Made by a program: the position numbers and the translations under genes
Assembly: GCA_965153455.1 (NCBI GenBank)
Contig: OZ234493.1
Coordinates: 12,638,213-12,702,212, forward strand
DNA: 64,000 nt
Direction: 5' to 3'
Source: Sphagnum compactum
Lineage: Eukaryota
Shown here: piece by piece, positions 55,493-64,000 of the stretch
How the letters are laid out: every line of letters begins with the position of its first letter
Position numbering within the stretch: position 1 is the stretch's first letter
Notes under the pieces: generated by a model
Told to the model about the DNA's origin: nothing
The model's database searches: none
Seen by the model: the letters and a program-made list of their open reading frames with translations, nothing else

Positions 55493-56023
55493 AAGATCCT
55501 GCTTGCTGAAAACAGGCTTCTTCAGACAGGTAAGGGAGCTGAAAATACAAAGGAAAAATCCAGGCAGTGCTTTTACTGTTGGCGTTCAACTCTTGCGACT
55601 CAAAGTGCCACAGTCTGCAGATTTTGCACATTTGCCCACCCGCTGCGCTCTTATCAGGAATTGTGCAGAATTTGGACAGGAAACGAGGATGTTTGACAGA
55701 GAGACACTATTGATCTATCGAAAACCCTCTTTGCCCTGGGCAGGTCATGTCCATTGTCTTCTCATATGCATATGCCTATACAGGAGATTCATTCTTGCAT
55801 CCACTCACTGTTTCTTTCCCTTCTTAAATTTAGAAATCCACCTTTCTCTGCACTCCTGCAATGAATCTCTTGTGTTCATCCATTTCTTGCTTTCCTGAAT
55901 TGTGCATCTGAAGTGCCACCTAAGGCTCCTTTTTGAGTATCTCAAGTTATTCTGAACTCCCGCTCAGATTGAAAGGTTCAGGACAGGCTGCTTACAGCAA
56001 GGTTCTATGGATCGTCTATTTGT

Positions 56024-56120
56024 AATTAGGTTTCTTATTGATATCAACCATCTGACTGTGGTGGATCAAGTCAATTAGGCTTCTTATTGATATCAACCAT
56101 TTCATTGTGTGGATTAAGTC
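56024..56120. repeat. 49-bp direct tandem duplication
   Basis: AATTAGG(T/C)TTCTTATTGATATCAACCAT...GTGGAT(C/T)AAGTC at 56024-56072 and 56073-56120. Confidence 0.9.
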
Positions 56121-56954
56121 TTTTGGTCCAATGAACATTGTGTAGCTTCAACGGGTACTAGTTTGCATGCAGGTTGCACTGGTTATCAGCTAAGTTGGTG
56201 ATGAGAAGGATCCAGAGAGCACAAGCTGATAGGCAAGCACTCTAAGTCACACAGAGAAGGAGCACCCTAAGCAACAGAGCAGATTGGGGTGAGAGATAGG
56301 GAGAGAAATGACTGGCCTGTCTCCAAATAATCTCTCTCCAGGAATGCCCCCACCCTAGGGCTTTACCCTATACGAAAAAAGTGTCAAGCAAATGCAAAAT
56401 TTCACACAAAATTTTTGTATGGTCCTGGATGTACAGGTCTTTTTAAGGCATTGAAGCTGTCTCTCACAAATTGGTAAAACAAATTAACTGGGATTCCTAT
56501 CACAGAACTGCTTCTCGACAAGGAATCATGTCAGCATTGCAACACAATTATATTCGACTTGCAATGTGAGATCTCCAATTTTTCTTCTGAAAGATTGTGC
56601 AGTTGAGTATGTAACCAGGTTCCTATGAGCTTTCTCAACATGTTGGTGGGACTGAAAGATGTACAAAGTCTTGCTGTTTTGTATCCAACTTCTTGGAAGG
56701 GCAGACTAAATAACTTACAAAATTGTACAGCCTCAGGCATAAGCAAGCTCCACAGCTTGATGAGTATCAAACATGGTGATAGAAACACCTGCAGCCCTTC
56801 TCTACTATTCTGCCAGGAAAATGAAAACAATATCACAGGACAATCAGTGCACCGGAGTCACATGTTCGTCACAAACATGGACTGCTAAAAACTTTGACTC
56901 TGCTACAACTATCTAAATGATATCCTCTCTACTCATTTCCAAAGGACATTCAGA

Positions 56955-59264
56955 TCAGTCCGATTTTGAAGGAATGCCTTCATAGCGTTCAACCCGTTCC
57001 TTGACAATACTACGTCGACTGTTGGCAACTTTGTTACTGGGGTCGAATTGCAAAGCCTCTTCGTAGGCTTTAAGAGCTCGCTGGAAGTCCTTTTTCTTTT
57101 CATAAGCATCAGCTAGGTTGTTCCAGGCAGTCACATAACCCGGTTGCAGCTTCACAGCCTTCTCATACTGAGCAATGCCTGCGTCCAACTTGTCGTCACT
57201 AAAGTAGCTGAAACCCAATGCATTATATACCTGCAAACACCCTCCTCCATCAACATTACTTTCTTGAAGTGAACAACCTATATACCAAATTTGTGTGCTT
57301 GGTGATTGCTCAACAGTTTTCAGCACAATGAAAGTCCTGCAGATAATGTTCCTGGCAGGTTCACAATAATGAAAGGTCAAATCACTCAAGACATTGAAAT
57401 TATCTGTAACTATTTCAGTTCGGCGCCTGAGAATACACCTGAGGATGGGGTTTTTCTGGAGCTGGTTTTCATCACAATCTGGAGTTTTGGTGTTTGTCTT
57501 AAACTGCATGCAAAGGGGACAAGACCTCGTCAATATTTACCTGGGCCAGATCTTGCTCATCACCATCCCATTTCTTGATGGCCTGTTCTAAATATTTGTT
57601 GGCAAGCACGTAAAATTTCTTGCGCAGCATGACTGCCCCAAGCTCAAAATATTCCTCTGATGAAGCCTCTCCACTCCGTACACGGTCCTACACCAACCCA
57701 TCAATTCCTGTTAGTCTATCTCTCTTGTTCACCTTGTGCAACACAGATTGATTAGGCCAGCCCCTATAGCAGCAAAGTGATATATGTACAAAGCTTCCTG
57801 CTTTTGCCTCCACTTCTGTGTCTCTGCACTAGTGACCGAGTTTCATTGCCCTCAAGTATGAACTAACATCAAGCTGGTGAGAAGGGATTACAAAAATTAA
57901 CCTGTGACTGGCAAGCTCTCACAAGTATTGCAGATCAAACAAGACTACAGTTTGACATAAATAAGAATCCTCTAAAGAAATGTCAGGGTGCAGAGTTCAA
58001 ACATCTATTGGCCCCTGAGTCTAAAATGTGCAGAGGATCATATCATATCTTGGAATTACTGCAACACCTGGGAGTATTGGAAACCATAAACAAAGGACTC
58101 TGGATCAGCTTTCATAGTTATTCTGACCTACCAACTGAAAAAAGGGTATCTGTGAAAGAAAGGTTCCATGAGGAAGAAGGTATCTCTTTCAAAACAGGCA
58201 CATGGAAGGATCTGTTTAAAAAATGTGAACCTGCTCCACATTTGAAAAGTAAAATAAGTTTGTTCTGTGACCAAGTCTGTGAATATAATTTCATGCGGTA
58301 CCTGGAGCTCCTTTGCTGCAGATTCGAGCTCTCGGCGGATAAGAACTTGGCGAACCACCAAGAAGCTGCCAACTCCAAGTAGGGCTAGCAGTGCTCCCAA
58401 ATAGATGAACTGCACACTGACCTCCAGTAACGCACCTACTTCTCCATATGCCGGATTTGCCGAGACATTGACAATGTCCATTGCACTGGCTCCACCTGTT
58501 GTAGTAAGGCAACTGAAAGCAGCAAGACTGACCAGAGCTGCTCCTGCTGCTGCTGCCCTGGATTTTCTCTTACCTGCTATATCATCCTCATTGACTCCTT
58601 GCAATCCTGGAAAAATTCACCATACATCAATCATCATCATCAACATCAAAGGAAATGAAACAGGCAAGATCATAAAATCAAAAAAGTTGGAAACACTTCC
58701 ATTCCAACATCAACAAGAAATGGCGAAGTCATCACACTCCTTCACCAACAAATACGCCAAACCCTAAATATGCACAACAGCAACGGCACACCAGGTCACA
58801 GATGACGCAACAACAAACACCCCAAGAAGAAGACTAAAGCAACAAAACCGATTCGAAGGGGGAAAAAAGAGAAAGGAACCCAAAATAAAATAAAAATACA
58901 AACAAATAAACGCACCTAATAACAGTTGTTTCTTGCCGCCTTCCAAACCCGCCCGCTCCATATCTTGTCCCAATTCCGAAGAAGAAGAAGAAGAAGAAGA
59001 AGATATGACCGCATTCCGTACACGTGAAACAAGACAGACATCAAATTTCTCACCGCTGCTGCGTGGTCGCCGTCGTGGTGGCGTTCGTATTATGCTCACA
59101 TTCGCACACTTGATGAACCCTACCAGCGCAAAACACGATTGCCTACTACTCCTCCTCCGCACTTGCTCCCGCAGCAGCAGCAACGAGTCCACGTTCTTGA
59201 GCCTTGTAAAACACGCGGGCGACACATTCGCCATAGCTTGTCCGATCGTTATGGAACTTGCCAT
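56955..59264 (-). CDS. PYG7: Thylakoid TPR protein PYG7/Ycf37-like (photosystem I assembly); 4 exons, ~358 aa
   Basis: Exons 59264-58916, 58606-58302, 57687-57541, 57230-56955 in phase. Ser/Arg-rich transit-peptide-like N-terminus, [37 protein letters not shown], TPRs [15 protein letters not shown]...[10 protein letters not shown]...[18 protein letters not shown]. Confidence 0.92.
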
Positions 59265-59294
59265 TTCTTTTATACACACACACACACAATATAG

Positions 59295-59334
<40 letters not shown>

Positions 59335-59604
59335 ACACACAAGCCCAAAAATTGCGACAAAAACACGGCAATCGATAAACGCTACAGGAGGAGAATTGTG
59401 ATGTTTGGGAAACGACAAAAAAGAAAACTGCAATCGTGAAGTTCGTTAAGATAATTGTCGAGAGTTCGAATGCCGTCGCAATTGGCTATGCGCCTATCCT
59501 TCGCCTCCCGTCGGGATTTCTTTCCGATTTCTTTGTTAAAAAAGCGTCCGTCCTGCCGTCTGCCGCTGCGAAGAATTTCACGATCAACATTTCGCCCCGT
59601 CTGT

Positions 59605-59935
59605 CGGCCGGTTATCTCCCCCCTCCCGGTGGGAAAGGTTATCAGCTAGGTTATCACAAGCTGGAACTGGCCCACGACGGTTATCAACGTGATTGTCACC
59701 GTCCGGAACAGACCCCCCCGGAAGGTTCTCAACGCGGTTATCACAAGCTGGAATAGACCCTGGTGGCCATCAAGGAGGTTATCACAAGTTGAAACAGACC
59801 CCCCCTGCGTAGATATGCGGTTATCTCAATCTGAAGCAGAACCTTGATGGTTATCTAGACGGTTATCCAAAATAAGAGCATGTAACCTAGACGGTTATGT
59901 AGGCAGTTCTCCTAAACAGGAGCATGTAACTTAGA
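59605..59935. repeat. GGTTATC-motif tandem array (~41 bp period in the core), probably TE-derived
   Basis: At least 9 GGTTATC copies; GGTTATCACAAG(C/T)TG(G/A)AA(C/T)(A/T)G(A/G)CC at 59648, 59736 and 59777. Confidence 0.75.
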
Positions 59936-60739
59936 TTTGTGTATTGTGTGAACAGTCTATCATTGTTAGGGTTTTAAGGTGTGAACTAGGAAAACCATGT
60001 CTCTATTTAAGCACCAAAAATCAGCACTTCATTTTTATTTTTAATTATTATTATTTATTTTTTTTGTCTTTCATTAATTTGTGGAATCTTTTTTTATTTG
60101 TGGTGGAGCAATGGAGATGACGTTGATTATGGTGGGTGCGAGATTTTTGGGATGTGTTATTGTGGGATGAAACGAAGTTCAATGAAGTTTTACTTGGATG
60201 AAGACCTAATCAAAAGAAATAAAATCAACGAATTGTGAAAAAACAATAGAGTGGGCGGTTGATGGAGATATGTTTCTCCTAAGTGGTTGTGAATGTTGTT
60301 GTTTGTGGGTTACAAGTTTATGGTGGTGTAAAAATTGGAGATGTTGTGTTGGGTGTTTTAATTCAAGGCAACAATCTAACCAATTGGTTGTTTGTTGCTC
60401 TTGATGATCTTTAGCAATGGTGAAGCTTGGCGAGAAAAGTTGGTGAAGAGAACAACAATGGAGGATATAAAAAAGGACACCTTAATGATAGTGAAGTTTG
60501 GCAGGGGGAGTTGGTGAAGAGGAGTGCAATGGAGGATATAAAAAGGGACACCTTACTGAAGCTAAGTACCAAGGTTTTTTAAAGAAGTTTGAAGATCTAA
60601 AATAAACAAAATTTGTGTGTTCTTTGTGTTAGAGAATCAAGTCGTAGTCTACATGTTTAGTTTTGTTGTTGTATTAGACTCCAAAGTTTTTCTATCGCAC
60701 ATTAAAGCCTTTAGAACAATGAATGTAGAAAAAAAATAT

Positions 60740-61530
60740 GAATAAAGTGCATCTAGTGGAGGAGATGATGAATGACCTTGGGGGACAAAAGAAAGGCTAG
60801 TTTGTCATTAGCATTCGAGCTCTAGACCAGTAAATGTGTTGGATGGCTTGTAGTGAAGACTTTGGGAATTCATGATCAAATTACACTAAATTGATGAGGA
60901 TTAAAATGTTTTGCGAAAACATCTTTAAATTAAATAGCCAGTGTGTGGGCAACTAAGCAATATGTCATTTCACTAATCGTGATGGGACATATGCCTCCAA
61001 AATGTTTCTCCAATGCTAAGAGTCGAAATGCAAAAAATAAACGCAATATTGAAGGTTGAACATAACATTGAATAATGTGCCCACATACCTTTAAAAAGAG
61101 GTTGAAACCATTCGTAGAATCATTTGGAACAAAACAATTTTGTAAAAGCTCATACACCATACCCGAAGGGCCACCAGAAGAAAGACGGGGTGAACAAGCC
61201 AAGGCAAAAAAACATGTTTTCCAATTTAAAGTAACTTTCGTCTCAAGATGGAAATCATCAATGAAAGGGAGGATATCAACCTCAGAAAATGAATGAAAAA
61301 AATGAAGGACTCCTATGGTTTCGTCAAATGGGGTCGCATGTGTGCTTGAAGCTAGTGCACGTATTGTTCGAAGCTAGTGCATGTATTGCTCAAACGTATT
61401 CCCCTACATGAGCAAAGGTTTGTCTATAGTGTAATCGTGCTAAAAAAGGTGGGGTAGGATTGGAGTTGACTCCAAACATTTGCGGATGTTCTAATCATGT
61501 GCTCTTCCTGTAATGTCTCCTAGTTGCCAC
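60740..61530 (-). mobile_element. Decayed CRE/SLACS-like non-LTR retrotransposon RT fragment
   Basis: SSGGPSGMVYELLQNCF...FRLLALEKHFGGICPITISEMTYCLVAHTLAI*FKDVFAKHFNPHQF is a degenerate RT domain 0-2 (K..GG.RPI.VGE...R...PHQFGV). Confidence 0.7.
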
Positions 61531-62134
61531 CCATGTATTAACACAATTATAATTTATAAAGGTTTTATTCCAAGATTTTATAATTGGTTAATTTCTATAA
61601 TCAAAAGGAAAATAATTTTCGTAAATTATAGTAATGTTTTTTTTTTTGTAAATTTAAAGTAAATTCGTTTACTTTCCTTAAATTAAAGTACTTTATTTTC
61701 CTTAAGTTACCACACAAAATAACTTAATTATTAGTACATTTTACCTTCATGGATTTCCTTGGTGAATAGTTAATTTATTTTCATTTTTCCTCTTCTTGCA
61801 GTAATTATAATAATTTTCACAAATGAGGACAAATGGCCAAAGAGTACTAAATCATGAACATTCCCAACTAAAAGAACTATGATACCTACCTATTATATGG
61901 AAGTACAAGTGGGTTTTTTTATTACAACAAAAGTTTTTTTGACCAATGGTACTTGTATGGCCCTTTTATTACTAGCCATATTGATTGAGACAACTATCTT
62001 TTTAACTAGGGGGGTCTTTTTTTGGTTTGAGTTGATTGAATGGTTTATTTGACATATGGTTAATCAATCATCATAGTCAAATTGAATGGTTTAAAGATAC
62101 CCATGTCTTTCAAGGCCTTGACCTTTAATCAAAA

Positions 62135-62430
62135 CTAGTGGTACCCGTGACCTTCGGACACCCATGGCTACACCACTCCAGCCACCCCGAACGCTCTGTT
62201 TGGTTGCCATAATAAATTTTCCCAAAATAACAATCGTGGGTCCCACCCTAAGGCATTTATATCCCCACAGATAAAAACAATATTGTGACTTAACGCAGTG
62301 GTCCCAACCGACGTTGTGCGGGTATCAGAACCAGCCGTGTGTACCCTCAGGTTATCAGTCCGGGTATTTATTCCCTTACCCGACGGGGGTGAGAAAACCC
62401 AAAACCCCGGTTCTGACATCCCACCTTGCT
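62135..62430 (-). mobile_element. Helitron-like 3' terminal fragment
   Basis: The minus strand ends ...GTGTCCGAAGGTCACGGGTACCA-CTAG|T, an imperfect hairpin just before CTAG. GC-rich island in AT-rich flanks; no 5' TC end identified. Confidence 0.45.
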
Positions 62431-62559
62431 TACATTAGCTTGGGTTTGGGTTTGGGTTTTGTCGTTGGATGTCTTCAAGTCCTTTCATTTAGGCTTTCAT
62501 CATCTTTGATTGTATAATTGCATCACTATCATTTTATGGCATGATGTATAAGTGACATT

Positions 62560-64000
62560 TTGTTTTCCATTGGATAACTTGGCACATGACCCTTATGTAT
62601 GTGGCAACTTGGCACTTGCTCCTCTTGTTACCCCAATGGTGTTTTGTTTTGCCCCTTCATAATGGGGCAACATGGCATAGGGAAATGCATGTTTGGCTCA
62701 AACACTTTTTAACAAATGATTAAAAAACTTGCAGGAAGGGTTTTTTTTGTAGGCCCAAGCTTTGACAACAAGTCCAAGTTCAATGCCTCTTCCCAAACAT
62801 GATCCTCTAGCTTATAAACGCCTTCTTCGTAGTCTAGTTCTTAGATGTGCAAAAGAATATTTTTAAACAACTCACATTTTGGCATCATTTTCCCTTACAC
62901 CCACATCTTTTGACACCACTTTAATTTTCACAACATTACCCTCTGAATTAGATGGCTATTTTTCGTTTTTCCTAAAAAACTATGAGCTAAACCAAGACCT
63001 CGAGCTTTCATTTGATTCCTTCAACTTGACATTTCAATGCATGCTACATTTATCGACAAGTGGTCATTTTGGGATTTTTTTGAACACCTTCATGATTTTT
63101 TTAATCTAGAAAATTCAACGTGTAAATTCCTTTAGTTGTTTCAATTTTGTTCTCATATCGCATAGGATCACATTCCACCTCAAATTGCACATGTCTTTGG
63201 AGCAACCCACCTCTTAACCATGACCAAGCCTTTAGGTGGATTTCATTCCATTGCAATGGGGGGAAACATTGTATCAACTCACATGTTACGCTTTATGTTT
63301 TCAATTTCACGACACCTTTGCAACACATTTATCTTTGCATTAATTTGAAGTTGCAACTAAGGGCGGTTGTGAGTAGTAATCCATGACATCAGGTGCACTT
63401 TGAACCTTCACCTCGACTAGGTTGTTTTCTAACTAGACGTGGCAAACGTTTTTAATTCGGTGTTAAGAACTCGGTCATATTTCAAGGACTTCATGCAGTA
63501 GGTGGAAACATCATACAATTCATCCCCTTTGTACATGCATTCTATGCATTTGAGTCTCTTTTGTCTTAAAATCATTGTAATCATGAAGGCGATGGCATAG
63601 TCATCCCATTTGCCATGGGAACCCATCAAAATGATCCCTTGGGAAGGGCACTATTTGCTTTAACCCACTTTAATGTTTTACATTCTATGAGTAATTGTTT
63701 CCTTTTTTGTCTATTTCCATCCATTACATATGACACTCACATCATAGGTCCCCTTTCAATTGTATCATCTACATATGAACATTTCCAGATCGAACTTTGT
63801 GTGATAGGTCTTTCTATTCAACCTCGAAAATGTGTAGCATGGTCACCTTTTAACTTGCTGCCTGACTTCAACACCTCATCCCAATTTACCATCCCACTAG
63901 AAGGAATTTAAGTCTTGGGGGTTCCATTGGGCACCTCATTATTCACATCATCTTTCATAAAAAATGCCATGTCCAAAAATGTTCCACATATGGACCTTTT
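62560..64000 (+). mobile_element. Decayed CRE/SLACS-like non-LTR retrotransposon RT region (runs off the window)
   Basis: Frameshifted remnants ATKGGCE, LDVANVFNS, MGTHQNDPLGRALFAL (GTRQGDPLG-like), SITYDTHIIGP (degenerate xADD), PLEGI*VLGVPLG. Confidence 0.8.

Noticed and set aside
55300-56380. Telomerase RNA candidate (AAACCCTA, CACCCTAA, CACCCTAG words)
   Set aside because: No complete ~1.5-repeat template (e.g. CTAAACCCT) and no recognisable USE+TATA Pol III promoter; the splice signals suggest Pol II.
59605-59935. CRISPR-like repeat/spacer appearance
   Set aside because: Repeats are degenerate, spacing is irregular, the intervening sequences are mutually related, there are no cas genes and the context is eukaryotic.

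Overview
Eukaryotic land-plant nuclear DNA. A bryophyte, possibly Sphagnum-like, is my inference from gene style and repeat content and is not proven. Two gene clusters flank a ~25 kb gene-free tract of decayed and nested transposons. Left: a 23-exon ER glucosidase I (GH63/GCS1/MOGS)-like gene on + (5103-13388), convergent with an 8-exon conserved plant protein of unknown function on - (15317-18490). The glucosidase frame is intact and keeps its catalytic acid motifs, but several normally conserved sugar-binding motifs are rewritten. Middle (~19.3-44 kb): two non-autonomous CACTA elements filled with AT-rich satellites, a full-length intron-containing pogo/Tigger transposon with premature stops, an intron-bearing WNK kinase fragment and other relics. 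Right: UFD2/UBE4 U-box ligase (-), an ATG-free fold-back segment divergent from UFD2 that looks like a MIR/lncRNA locus (+), the PYG7 TPR gene (-), a GGTTATC array, a Helitron-like 3' end and two decayed CRE-like non-LTR RT relics. The best novelty candidates are the pocket-remodelled GH63 paralog and the candidate miRNA hairpin. All exon models were traced by hand; no database searches were run.
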